A stretch of 64,000 nt of DNA from an uncultured Eisenbergiella sp. (GCA_904392525.1 CAJFMW010000009.1:4522-68521), one strand, 5' to 3'; numbered from the stretch's first letter, positions 50,419 to 59,573 are shown. Notes: generated by a model not told the origin, from the letters alone. Numbers and translations: made by a program.

Positions 50419-52101
50419 CTACGCTTTCTTTCCCAGCTTTTCTTCCAGTTTTTCCGCCATTTCCTTCATGCAGCCTTCTTCAAATGGAAGCTTCAGGCCC
50501 ACTTCGGGTATCATGCTGGTGAAGAAATCGGAGGCGGAAAGCCTGCAGAGCTTCAGATAGCTCTTCCAGGCGGCCTCATAGTCCTCATCCATCCAAAGTT
50601 TATACTCGAAGGCCACGGTCTGCGCGATTACATAGTCAATATAATAGAAGGGGAAGCTGTAGATATGGTGCTGCTGCTGCCAGTAGCCTCCCTTTCCGAA
50701 GAAGGGATCTCCCTCATAATCCAGATGAGGCTTATATTCCTTCTCCAGCCTGCTCCACGCCGCCTTTCTCTCCGCAGGCGTCAGCTCGGGATTTTCATAA
50801 ACGATATGCTGGAACTCATCCACCATACAGCCATATGGAATGAACATGCAGGCGTCCTCAAAATGCATTTCCCGATAGGCGTCAGCTCCGTCCCCGAAGA
50901 ACCATTCCATCCATTTTTCCGTGAAAAATTCCATGGACATGGAATGGCATTCCGCCGTCTCCATGGTGATGTCCGCATGCTCCCGAATGGGATCCTTTCC
51001 GGAAAGATAGCCCTGGAAGGCATGGCCGCATTCATGGGTGATTACATCCACGTCCCCGCTGGTTCCGTTGAAGTTGGCGAAGATGAACGGCGCGTGATAC
51101 AGCGGAAAATAGGTCATATATCCGCCCACTCTCTTATCCTTACGGCCAAGCACATCAAACAGACCGTTTTCCATCATGAAGTCAAAAAATTCCTTTGTCT
51201 CCGGGGACAGCTCCTCATACATCCGCTGTCCGGCAGCCAGGATCTCCTCCGGCGTTCCCGTGGGATTGGGATTTCCCTCCTTAAAATAAACGCCCTCGTC
51301 AATATAAGAAAGCTTCTGCAGTCCCAGACGTTCCTTTCTTCTTTCATGCAGCTTTTCCACAAACGGCACGAAATCCTTCTTCACCTGGCTGCGGAAGGCC
51401 TCTACCTGCGCCTTATCATAGCAGTTTCGGTTCATGCGGTAATAGCCCAGCTCCACATAATTTTCGTACCCCAGCTCCTTCGCCTGCTTCGCACGGTTTT
51501 TCACCAGCTTATCATAGATGTCGTCCAGTTCCTTTTCATTTTCCTGGAAAAAGGCGGAAAACTTCTTCCAGGCTCTCCTTCTGATCTCCCGGTCGGGATT
51601 TCTCAGATAGGGCCGCAGCAGGGACAGGTTCAGCGTCTCGCCGTCCCAGTCGATCTTCGCCGCGGCGAGAAGCTTTTCATAGGAAGTTGCAAGCGCGTTT
51701 TCCTCCTGCACCAGCGGAATCAGCTTCTCCTGCATGGACTTGCGGGAAAGCTCCATGTTTTTAAAGGCCACCGGTCCGATCTTTTCCTCCAGTACTTTGC
51801 GGTACGGGGAATCATACAGAAGCTTCTGGTACTCGATCACCATATTGCTGTAGCGCGGGCTCATTTCATCATAATAATCCTGCTCCGCGCTGTAAAATTC
51901 ATCCGCGGTATTTCCGTCATGCCTGGTCTGCGCCAGCGTCATCATGGTATCCACCCGATCCCGCAGCGCATAATACCTTTCATGAACTGCGAACTGCTCT
52001 TCCCCGCTCTTCGCCGCGGCAAAATCCTCTTTCAGACCGTTGAATTCCTTCTCCACCCGGTCAAAATCCACCCTTTCATAGGGCATATCCTGATATTTCA
52101 T
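50419..52101 (-). CDS. M3 family oligoendopeptidase
   Basis: THECGHAFQ, ETAECHSM, PFYYIDY. Confidence 0.92.
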   Translation of the reverse strand: MKYQDMPYERVDFDRVEKEFNGLKEDFAAAKSGEEQFAVHERYYALRDRVDTMMTLAQTRHDGNTADEFYSAEQDYYDEMSPRYSNMVIEYQKLLYDSPYRKVLEEKIGPVAFKNMELSRKSMQEKLIPLVQEENALATSYEKLLAAAKIDWDGETLNLSLLRPYLRNPDREIRRRAWKKFSAFFQENEKELDDIYDKLVKNRAKQAKELGYENYVELGYYRMNRNCYDKAQVEAFRSQVKKDFVPFVEKLHERRKERLGLQKLSYIDEGVYFKEGNPNPTGTPEEILAAGQRMYEELSPETKEFFDFMMENGLFDVLGRKDKRVGGYMTYFPLYHAPFIFANFNGTSGDVDVITHECGHAFQGYLSGKDPIREHADITMETAECHSMSMEFFTEKWMEWFFGDGADAYREMHFEDACMFIPYGCMVDEFQHIVYENPELTPAERKAAWSRLEKEYKPHLDYEGDPFFGKGGYWQQQHHIYSFPFYYIDYVIAQTVAFEYKLWMDEDYEAAWKSYLKLCRLSASDFFTSMIPEVGLKLPFEEGCMKEMAEKLEEKLGKKA

Positions 52102-52325
52102 GCCTGCCTCTTTTCCTGCCGCCTTCCTGGCGGCAACCTTTTCTTACTATGAACCTATTATAGTGGATTTATACGGGCTGTGTAAACCTGTATTTATCTT
52201 AGTCTGCAGTCGTCTATGATGGGTATGCCACTTTGCAGCTTTCAAATACCTTATCCATCCGGTGAGTATTGCCTTTGGCAATATCACCACCGCTGACAAA
52301 AGACTTTCTAATTCCGTAATAAGTT

Positions 52326-52465
52326 ATTGAATTAGGACACAAGATATGCTATATTGAAAAAGGGAAAGCCAGAGACACATGGCCTACCCTAAACGTTGAT
52401 TAATAAACTAAGCCTTTACAAAGGCCAGCCGTCAACTATTCGCGGTAGTTGGCGGCTATTTCTTT
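52326..52465 (+). ncRNA. Putative type I antitoxin antisense RNA (promoter plus ~105-nt transcript ending in a terminator)
   Basis: TTGAAT...TGcTATATT promoter; no ORF; ends in the hairpin and T-rich tract overlapping the 3' end of the convergent small ORF. Confidence 0.45.
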
Positions 52466-52527
52466 CCCCCGAAGATTGTATAACACAATCCCACGAGGGT
52501 GACAGCTTCTGGTATTGAGAAAGACAA
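52456..52527 (-). CDS. Small hydrophobic peptide resembling a putative holin-like toxin, possibly N-terminally eroded
   Basis: Manual translation (TTG) MSFSIPEAVTLVGLCYTIFGGKK*; GGAG just upstream; hydrophobic core with KK tail. Confidence 0.5.
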   Translation of the reverse strand: MSFSIPEAVTLVGLCYTIFGGKK

Positions 52528-52612
52528 CGCTCTCCATTATGCCCTCTGATAATCCGTACAATATCATTCTGTACCAGGCCTCACCAGGACTCTTTTTTCA
52601 GTCCTGTCTTTT

Positions 52613-52681
52613 CACCTCTTATTCCCCGATTTCCACCTCTTGCTTCCGGACGGTTGACCCCGGGCAGCGCATCTGTATAAT
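52613..52681 (+). promoter_or_regulatory. LytTR-type direct repeats plus sigma-A promoter
   Basis: CACCTCTT at 52613 and 52634 (21-bp period), then TTGACC (52654)-16 nt-TATAAT (52676). Confidence 0.7.
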
Positions 52682-52730
52682 CAGAATTATCAACAGCAAA
52701 GGAAAGCGGTACACCGCAGAGGGGGAGCCC

Positions 52731-53192
52731 ATGAAGGTAAAAATTGAAATCGATCCGACACTCGCCGAGGATGAGGTGATCATCCGATGCCGGAGAATGG
52801 ATGAGCATATCCTGAAGCTGCAGCAGGACATCGCAAAGGCGGAGCCGGAAAAGAACTGCATTTCCCTACAGGATGCGGGCACCAGCTACTTTGTACCGCT
52901 GGATGAAATCCTGTTTTTTGAAACCGAAGGGAAACATATCCAGGCACATATGGCTTCCCGGCTGTACCTCACGGAGCATAAGCTGTATGAGCTGGAAGAA
53001 AGCCTGCCGGGAAGTTTTATGCGGATTTCCAAATCCACCATCGTAAATCTGGATCATATTTATTCCATCACAAGGAATCTGGCCGCATCCAGCGCCGTGG
53101 CGTTCTACGGGACGCCAAAGAAGGTCTATGTGTCCCGCAGCTATTATAAGGCGCTGATCGAAAGACTGGGAGAAAGAAGGAGAAGATTATGA
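52731..53192 (+). CDS. Stand-alone LytTR family regulator (no receiver domain)
   Basis: MKVKIEID...EVIIRC, ILFFETE, KLYELEE, FMRISKSTIVN, VSRSYY. Confidence 0.9.
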   Translation: MKVKIEIDPTLAEDEVIIRCRRMDEHILKLQQDIAKAEPEKNCISLQDAGTSYFVPLDEILFFETEGKHIQAHMASRLYLTEHKLYELEESLPGSFMRISKSTIVNLDHIYSITRNLAASSAVAFYGTPKKVYVSRSYYKALIERLGERRRRL

Positions 53193-53953
53193 GAGATCGA
53201 AAAAATGTATTCTGGGGTATTCTGTTTCTGCTTGGAGCCTGTGCCGTTATCGCCGGGCAGCTTGGCTTTCTGGAGGGGATCGGCTTCTGGTCCATCCTGT
53301 TTTCCCTGGTGCTTGCCGCCGTGCTGATCCGGGGCATCGTCAGGCGCAACTGGGGCATGATTCTGTTCTCCATCGCCTTTCTGTGCATCGTCAACAACCA
53401 GCTTCTGGGAATTGAAAAGCTGACCCCCTGGCCCGTTCTGGGTGCGGCGCTGCTCGGTACCATCGGACTGAACCTCCTGTTTCCCCGGCGAAACTGGAAA
53501 CATATGGACTGGCACAGAATCGGCATGAAAAATACTCCCTCTGCTTCCGAAGACGTGGAGGCCTCCGCTTCCGGGGATGCCGGGAATTCCGAATATGAAT
53601 CACACATCGGCGATGACGGCGCGGAAAGCATAAGATGTGAGGTCAATTTCCACTCCTGCGTAAAATACCTGCAAAGCTCTGCCCTTCAGCATGTACGTCT
53701 GGAAAACTCCTTCGGTTCCCTTGCCATATATTTCACGGACTGCACGCTGTGGCAGCACAAAGGGGCCGTTGATGTTGATGTATCTTTCGGAACGACGGAG
53801 CTGTATATCCCCGCTTCCTGGCATGTGGTCTGCAATGTTTCCTCCTCCTTCGGGGGCGTGAACGAACATGGTCATCCGGCCCCAGCCTCTGAGGAGGTGC
53901 TGACCATCACGGGAGACGTATCCTTCGGATCACTGGAAATTCATTATATCTGA
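53189..53953 (+). CDS. LiaF/DUF2154-like membrane protein (partner of the LytTR regulator)
   Basis: Four TM helices, then SFG-repeat beta domain (NSFG, VSFG..LYIP..W, VSFGSLEI); ATGA overlap with the LytTR gene. Confidence 0.8.
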   Translation: MRDRKNVFWGILFLLGACAVIAGQLGFLEGIGFWSILFSLVLAAVLIRGIVRRNWGMILFSIAFLCIVNNQLLGIEKLTPWPVLGAALLGTIGLNLLFPRRNWKHMDWHRIGMKNTPSASEDVEASASGDAGNSEYESHIGDDGAESIRCEVNFHSCVKYLQSSALQHVRLENSFGSLAIYFTDCTLWQHKGAVDVDVSFGTTELYIPASWHVVCNVSSSFGGVNEHGHPAPASEEVLTITGDVSFGSLEIHYI

Positions 53954-54055
53954 TCCTTTCTTCTTTATCCTGCATTGCTGCAGGGAATCAGTTATTTTAA
54001 GAGAACCGGAAACGGACGCCCGCAAATAAAGGGAATCCGTTTTCGGTTTTTAGAT

Positions 54056-54121
54056 TTTACTTAAGTTTTACATAGTTTTTAACCATTTTACGTTTAACAT
54101 GCAATTCTTTCCCCTTATAAT
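54056..54121 (+). promoter_or_regulatory. Pho-box-like array plus -10 element upstream of sigI
   Basis: TTTACT/TTTACA/TTTAAC at 54056, 54067, 54078 (11-bp period); TATAAT at 54116. Confidence 0.5.
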
Positions 54122-54138
54122 CTAAAATTGGGGGGGTG

Positions 54139-54166
54139 ACCCCGTTTTTTCAAAAAACAATCCGTA
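54139..54166 (+). promoter_or_regulatory. SigI-type promoter (autoregulatory)
   Basis: ACCCC-19 nt-CGTA with A-tract; same layout at 57547. Confidence 0.7.
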
Positions 54167-54195
54167 TCCTATCATTATAAAGGGGGAAACTCTGC

Positions 54196-54918
54196 GTGAA
54201 TGAGGAACATACCATCATCCAACAGGTATATGCGGCCAAAACGGATAATCAGGCGGCCGACCGTCTGATCGGGGCATATATGCCCTTTATCAAAGCGGAA
54301 ACGGCAAAATTTCTGAAGCGCCCGCCAGCCTCTCAGGATGACGAACTGAGCATTGCGATGATCGCTTTTCATGAAGCCATCCAGGGGTATTCCCGCATGC
54401 GGGGAACCTTTCTGAAATATGCCTCCATGCTCATCAAAAGCCGCCTGATCGATTATCACAGGCGGGAGCGCCGGCACGGAAACCTCGTTTCTCTGGATAC
54501 CCCGGCGGATGAGGACGACGTCCCTCTGGGTGATACGCTGACGGACGCCCGGGATCATGGGGAAGAGGTTTCGATCCGGGACGCTACCCGGAATGAAATT
54601 GAAGAGCTGAGCCGGCAGATGGACGCGTTCGGCGTAAAGCTTTCCGACGTGGCGGATAACTGTCCCAGACAGCAGCGCACGCTTGAGGCATGCCGGAAAG
54701 CCCTCCGGTACGCGGTACATACCGACGGACTGCTGGATGAATTTCTCCAGACTAGGCGGCTTCCCATCGCCAGGCTCGCCTCCGGAAGCGGCGTGGAGAA
54801 GAAAACGCTGGAGCGGCACCGAAAATATATGGTTGCCCTCATGCTGATCTATACCAATGGATATGAAATCATTCGCGGACACATCAAACAGGTCATGAAA
54901 GGAGGTGCGGCACAATGA
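54196..54918 (+). CDS. sigI: SigI-family alternative sigma factor
   Basis: YMPFI, DDELSIAMIAFHEAI, FLKYA..LIKSRLIDY.R, KKTLERHRKY. Confidence 0.88.
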   Translation: MNEEHTIIQQVYAAKTDNQAADRLIGAYMPFIKAETAKFLKRPPASQDDELSIAMIAFHEAIQGYSRMRGTFLKYASMLIKSRLIDYHRRERRHGNLVSLDTPADEDDVPLGDTLTDARDHGEEVSIRDATRNEIEELSRQMDAFGVKLSDVADNCPRQQRTLEACRKALRYAVHTDGLLDEFLQTRRLPIARLASGSGVEKKTLERHRKYMVALMLIYTNGYEIIRGHIKQVMKGGAAQ

Positions 54919-55931
54919 AATACATGGTAATGGAATGCCATACCGGCTATGCGGTTCTTCTGGATGAAGAGGGCCGGTTCTGGAAAGCGGCCGATCTCCA
55001 CTATGAAGTCGGCCAGACCGTGGAAAATCCCGTGCTGATGAAACAGCCGCAGCCCTCCGGCAGACGCCGCATCACCCGCCTGGTGAGCAGCACCGTCGCC
55101 GCGGCCGCCGCCTGCCTTTTCCTGATTTTCGGCTTCAGCTATTACCAGAATTATCTCCGCATCTATTCCTCCATTTACCTCTCCATCAATCCTGAGGTAC
55201 AGATGGATCTGAACCGGTACGGAAACGTGGTCAGGCTGACCGGAACGAACGAGGACGGCGCAAAGCTTCTGGAAGGCTACAGCGGTAAGGGAAAGGATAA
55301 ACTGACGGTTGCCGACGAGCTCATCGACCGGGCGATCGAGATGGGCTTTCTCTCCGAAGGCGGCCAGGTATCCTTTTTCATTGATTCTCCTGAGGACGCC
55401 CTGTTCCAGGAATATGGCACAGAGCTGAGAACGGAAATCAACGAGCATCTGGACGGCCGGATCACCATCACCATTGAAATCGTGAATTATCAGAATACGC
55501 CGGAAACCGAAAGCTCCACTTCCGAAAGCTCCGTTTCTGAGACCGCCGCACCGCAAAGCACCGCTCCCTCCGGCGGCGATACGGATTATGTTCCGGCTGA
55601 CGACACGGAAGACGACTATGGCGATACCGACTACGGTCCCGAAAACGACGACGACGCCGATGATTCGGCCCCTGTACCCGCGGCCTCCTCTCCTGCGGTC
55701 CCTTCTCCCTCCGCGCCTGCGGCTCCCGCCGCGGAAAGCACACCGCCGGATCATACCGATGGGGATACCGACTATGAACCCGAAAACGCCGCGGCTCCGG
55801 TTCCCGATGACGATACGTCCGAAGACGGGGATTCCGATGATGACAATGACGACGCAGATGATGACGACGATGACAGCGATGATAATGACGGCGACGATGA
55901 TAACGATGATGATGACAACGATGACGACTGA
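54915..55931 (+). CDS. rsgI: RsgI-like anti-sigma factor with an acidic disordered C-terminus
   Basis: VME....AVLLDEEGRF N-domain, single TM helix, LSINPE juxtamembrane domain, S/P/D-rich tail; ATGA overlap with sigI. Confidence 0.85.
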   Translation: MKYMVMECHTGYAVLLDEEGRFWKAADLHYEVGQTVENPVLMKQPQPSGRRRITRLVSSTVAAAAACLFLIFGFSYYQNYLRIYSSIYLSINPEVQMDLNRYGNVVRLTGTNEDGAKLLEGYSGKGKDKLTVADELIDRAIEMGFLSEGGQVSFFIDSPEDALFQEYGTELRTEINEHLDGRITITIEIVNYQNTPETESSTSESSVSETAAPQSTAPSGGDTDYVPADDTEDDYGDTDYGPENDDDADDSAPVPAASSPAVPSPSAPAAPAAESTPPDHTDGDTDYEPENAAAPVPDDDTSEDGDSDDDNDDADDDDDDSDDNDGDDDNDDDDNDDD

Positions 55932-56023
55932 CAACAATGACGGCTGACAACAATGATGACTGACCCATCATAAACATCATAAAACCATTGTCCCCTCAGA
56001 ACAGATCTCGGGAGCCTGTTAAG

Positions 56024-57451
56024 ATGATAAAGAGTAAATATATCAATATAATCTGCATCGGCGCGGCAGCGCTTGCCGCCCTTCTCACCCTGCTTCTGAT
56101 GACCATTTCCGGAACAACGCAGAAGGTTCAGACAGCCGGCTCCTTCGGTTCTTCCCCCGAATATGCCGGCAGGCTCTTCGATCCGGACCGTGTCCACACC
56201 ATCGATATCCAGCTTGAGGACTGGGAGGGCTTTCTGCAAAATGCCGGGAAAGAGGAATATGTTTCCTGTACCCTCGTCATCGACGGGGAAGAATTCAGCC
56301 AGGTGGGCCTGAGGGCCAAGGGAAACAATTCCCTGCGCCTGACTCAGGAATATGGGCTGTCCCGCTACAGTCTCAAGGCCGAGTTCGATCATTTTCTGGA
56401 CGGCGGGAATTACTACGGCCTGGATAAGTTTTCCCTGGACGCTTCTTTTCAGGACAACAGCTATATGAAAACCTTCCTTGTCTACGATATGATGACCTTC
56501 ATGGGCGTTCCTGCGCCGCTTTGCAGCTACGTCCAAGTTACGGTTAACGGCGAACCCTGGGGGCTGTTTCTGGCTATAGAGGAGCCGGAGGAAGCCTTTG
56601 TGCAGCGCTGCTTCGGCAGTCTGGACGGCAATCTGTATAAGCCGGACTACCGTTCCCTGAACGCGGAAAATAAAGACCTTGCGCTTCAATATATTGATGA
56701 TGATCCGGACAGCTATCCGAATCTTTTCGACAACGCGAAGCTCCCCTCCTCAAACGCGGACCGGAAACGGCTGATCCGCGCCCTGAAAACACTTTCCACC
56801 GGCGAAAATCTGGAAACGGCGGTCCAAGTGGATGAGGTGCTTCGGTATTTCACGGTTCAGGTCTTTGTCATGAACCAGGACAGTTATCTCGGCCACACCG
56901 GACACAATTATTACCTTTATGAAAAAGATGGCATTATGAGCATCCTTCCCTGGGATTATAACCTTGCCTTCGGAACCTATGCGCTTGGAATGACGGATCC
57001 GATCCGTGATCCAAATGTGCTGATCAACTATCCCATCAACACACCGGCAGAGGGCGAGGTCATGCTGAATCGCCCTCTGTATCATAACCTGATGAAGCAG
57101 GAGGAATATTTTTCCCGTTATCATGCGTATTTCGATACCCTCCTCTCCGGCTACTTTGAAAACGGACGGTTTGAGGCCACGCTTCGCAGGACAGAACAGC
57201 TGATTGCCCCTTATGTACAGGATGATCCCACCGCCTTCTGTTCCTATGAGGATCACCGTCTCGCCGTGGATACCCTGGAAGAGATCTGCCTGCTCCGCGC
57301 AGAAAGCATCCGCGGACAGCTGGAAGGAACCATTCCCGCCACCATCCGCGGCCAACAGGAACAGCCGGAGCTTAAGGTTGACGCTTCTCACATACGGATC
57401 ACGGATCTGGGAGACTTTGACGACCTGGAAAACGCCGCTTCCGCATCTTAG
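56024..57451 (+). CDS. CotH family secreted kinase
   Basis: N-terminal TM helix; VGLRAKGNNS, DNSYMK, GNLYKP, DSY....HNYYLY, LPWDYNLAFG. Confidence 0.9.
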   Translation: MIKSKYINIICIGAAALAALLTLLLMTISGTTQKVQTAGSFGSSPEYAGRLFDPDRVHTIDIQLEDWEGFLQNAGKEEYVSCTLVIDGEEFSQVGLRAKGNNSLRLTQEYGLSRYSLKAEFDHFLDGGNYYGLDKFSLDASFQDNSYMKTFLVYDMMTFMGVPAPLCSYVQVTVNGEPWGLFLAIEEPEEAFVQRCFGSLDGNLYKPDYRSLNAENKDLALQYIDDDPDSYPNLFDNAKLPSSNADRKRLIRALKTLSTGENLETAVQVDEVLRYFTVQVFVMNQDSYLGHTGHNYYLYEKDGIMSILPWDYNLAFGTYALGMTDPIRDPNVLINYPINTPAEGEVMLNRPLYHNLMKQEEYFSRYHAYFDTLLSGYFENGRFEATLRRTEQLIAPYVQDDPTAFCSYEDHRLAVDTLEEICLLRAESIRGQLEGTIPATIRGQQEQPELKVDASHIRITDLGDFDDLENAASAS

Positions 57452-57546
57452 GCTCTTTCCCAATAGTTCCCTTTTCCGGCTTTTACCCCTGGCTGCAACG
57501 CCTGCCGCCGGATGATTAAAAAATTTTTTAAAAAATTTTCCTCATT

Positions 57547-57574
57547 ACCCCTTTTTTTCAAAATCCTCTTCGTA
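57547..57574 (+). promoter_or_regulatory. SigI-type promoter of the lipoprotein-VTC-DUF4956 unit
   Basis: ACCCC-TTTTTTTCAAAATCCTCTT-CGTA, 19-nt spacer. Confidence 0.7.
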
Positions 57575-57646
57575 ATCTTTCTATGTAAGATGAAAAATGG
57601 TAAATCAAACCACAATGTAATACTTAAATGAAAGAGAGGTATCACT

Positions 57647-58885
57647 ATGAAAATGAGAAGAAATTTACTTGCTGCGGTATCTTCCCTGGCTGTTATGTCA
57701 GCAGTTCTTCTGACCGGCTGCGGCGCTCCTGCTGATGAAGGAACGGCGATTCGGGATACGGGCTTTCTCACACTGAGCGTCAATCCGGAGATCCGGATCG
57801 AATATGATGAAGAAGGCAGAGTGATCGACCTTACCGGCCAGAACGATGACGGCAAAAACATTGTCGCATCCTATCAGGATTATATCGGAAAGGAATGTGA
57901 CGATGTTTTAAACGACCTGATCGTCAAAATCAATGAGGCCGGTTACTTTGTCGAAGAAATAGACGGCGGCAGAAAAAACATCGTTCTTCAGCTGGAGCCC
58001 GGCTCCGTTGTTCCCAGCAGCACATTTCTTGAGGACGTGACCGCAAGCACCCAGAACGCGGTAAAGAACCTGAACCTTTCCTCAGGAATCGTGACCATAG
58101 ACGATGACGACTATGATCCGGCCTATGCCAAAAACGGTTCTCCTTCTCCCTACATCACTCTGGAAAAGGCGAAAGAAATTGCCCTTGCCCATGCAGGTGT
58201 CAATGCGGCAGACGCCGTTTTTGACGACAGGGAATTTGATCATGACGACGGAACCGCTGTTTTCGAACTGGAATTCACCGCAAACGGCGTAGAATATGAA
58301 TACAACGTAGACGCCGTACACGGAACCATCTTTCAGGCGGAGCACGACGCCTCCGGAAGCGGGTACGACGATACGGATTACGGCCCCAACAACGACGGCG
58401 TTACCGACTATGACGACACCGATTATGGCCCAAACAGCGACGGCGTCACCGACTACAATGACACGGACTATGGCCCTAATAATGACGGGGTAACTGACTA
58501 CGACGACACGGACTATGGCCCTAATAACGACGGCGTCACCGACTACAATGACACGGACTATGGTCCTAATAATGACGGGGTAACTGACTACGACGACACG
58601 GACTATGGCCCTAATAATGACGGGGTAACTGACTACGACGACACGGACTATGGCCCCAATAACGACGGCGTCACTGATTATGACGACACCGATTACGGCC
58701 CAAACAATGATGGAGTAACCGATTACGATGACACCGACTACGGTCCCAACAACGATGGCGTCACTGACTATGATGACACGGACTATGGTCCCAACAATGA
58801 TGGGATAACCGACTACGACGATGGCAGTGATGACGATGATGACGACGACGATGACGACGGCGATGATGACGGCGACGATGACTGA
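57647..58885 (+). CDS. Lipoprotein: RsgI-like domain + PepSY domain + 10 acidic 15-aa repeats + poly-Asp tail
   Basis: LTGC lipobox; LSVNPE; ITLEKAKEIAL...YEYNVDAVHGTI (PepSY); (YDDTDYGPNNDGVTD)x10. Confidence 0.85.
   Translation: MKMRRNLLAAVSSLAVMSAVLLTGCGAPADEGTAIRDTGFLTLSVNPEIRIEYDEEGRVIDLTGQNDDGKNIVASYQDYIGKECDDVLNDLIVKINEAGYFVEEIDGGRKNIVLQLEPGSVVPSSTFLEDVTASTQNAVKNLNLSSGIVTIDDDDYDPAYAKNGSPSPYITLEKAKEIALAHAGVNAADAVFDDREFDHDDGTAVFELEFTANGVEYEYNVDAVHGTIFQAEHDASGSGYDDTDYGPNNDGVTDYDDTDYGPNSDGVTDYNDTDYGPNNDGVTDYDDTDYGPNNDGVTDYNDTDYGPNNDGVTDYDDTDYGPNNDGVTDYDDTDYGPNNDGVTDYDDTDYGPNNDGVTDYDDTDYGPNNDGVTDYDDTDYGPNNDGITDYDDGSDDDDDDDDDDGDDDGDDD
58364..58813 (+). repeat. Ten tandem 45-bp coding repeats
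   Basis: 450 bp; variation mostly at synonymous positions (only D/N, N/S and V/I amino-acid changes). Confidence 0.95.
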
Positions 58886-59573
58886 CCGTTCCGCTGCCCG
58901 CGGCATGCGGCATGAATACAAGCACCAGATCAGCCCGCAGGATGATCTGGTGCTCTCCCAAAGGCTGCGAAAGCTGTTTTCCCATGATAAAAATGCGGGA
59001 GCCGACGGGACGTACCGGATCACCAGCCTGTACTTCGACACGCCCGATGACAGCGCGCTGCGGGAAAAGCTGGACGGAATCGGGAAACGGGAAAAATTCC
59101 GGCTCCGATATTACGGAACGTCCCCTTCCTTCATCCGGCTGGAGAAAAAATTCAAGGTCAACGGTCTGTGCGGAAAAAAGAGTGTAAAAATGACGGCAGA
59201 GCAGGTTCAAAAGCTGCTTTGCGGAGAATACGGTTTTCTTCTGGAATCGGGAGAGCCTCTCTGTGTGGAATTCTACAGTAAACTGAAGGGAAAGTGCCTG
59301 CGTCCCAGAACCATTGTCCGCTATGACAGGGAAGCCTTTGTCTATAAGCCGGGAAATGTCCGGATCACGCTGGACCGCAACATACGCACCGGCCTTGGCA
59401 GCACGGATTTTCTGAACGGAGAACTTTTCTGCGCGCCGGTGCTGGAGCAGAGCACGGTTCTGGAAGTCAAATACGACGCGTTTCTTCCGGATCTGGTCCG
59501 CATGGCCGTACAGATTCCCAACCGGCAGGCAGCCTCCTGCTCCAAATATGCCCTCTGCAGGCGGTTTGACTGA
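58878..59573 (+). CDS. VTC-domain polyphosphate polymerase-like (CYTH fold) protein
   Basis: RHEYK, YRITSLYFDT, REKFRLRYY, LEKK, YDREA, RITLD, LEVKY, SKY. Confidence 0.9.
   Translation: MTDRSAARGMRHEYKHQISPQDDLVLSQRLRKLFSHDKNAGADGTYRITSLYFDTPDDSALREKLDGIGKREKFRLRYYGTSPSFIRLEKKFKVNGLCGKKSVKMTAEQVQKLLCGEYGFLLESGEPLCVEFYSKLKGKCLRPRTIVRYDREAFVYKPGNVRITLDRNIRTGLGSTDFLNGELFCAPVLEQSTVLEVKYDAFLPDLVRMAVQIPNRQAASCSKYALCRRFD

Noticed and set aside
52261-52288. Hairpin GGTGAGTATTGCC-TTT-GGCAATATCACC in the long intergenic region
   Set aside because: Isolated stem with no T-tract, second copy or recognisable motif; cannot be assigned
58364-58813. Regular 45-bp repeats as a possible CRISPR array
   Set aside because: No unique spacers, in-frame coding with synonymous variation, and no cas genes in the window
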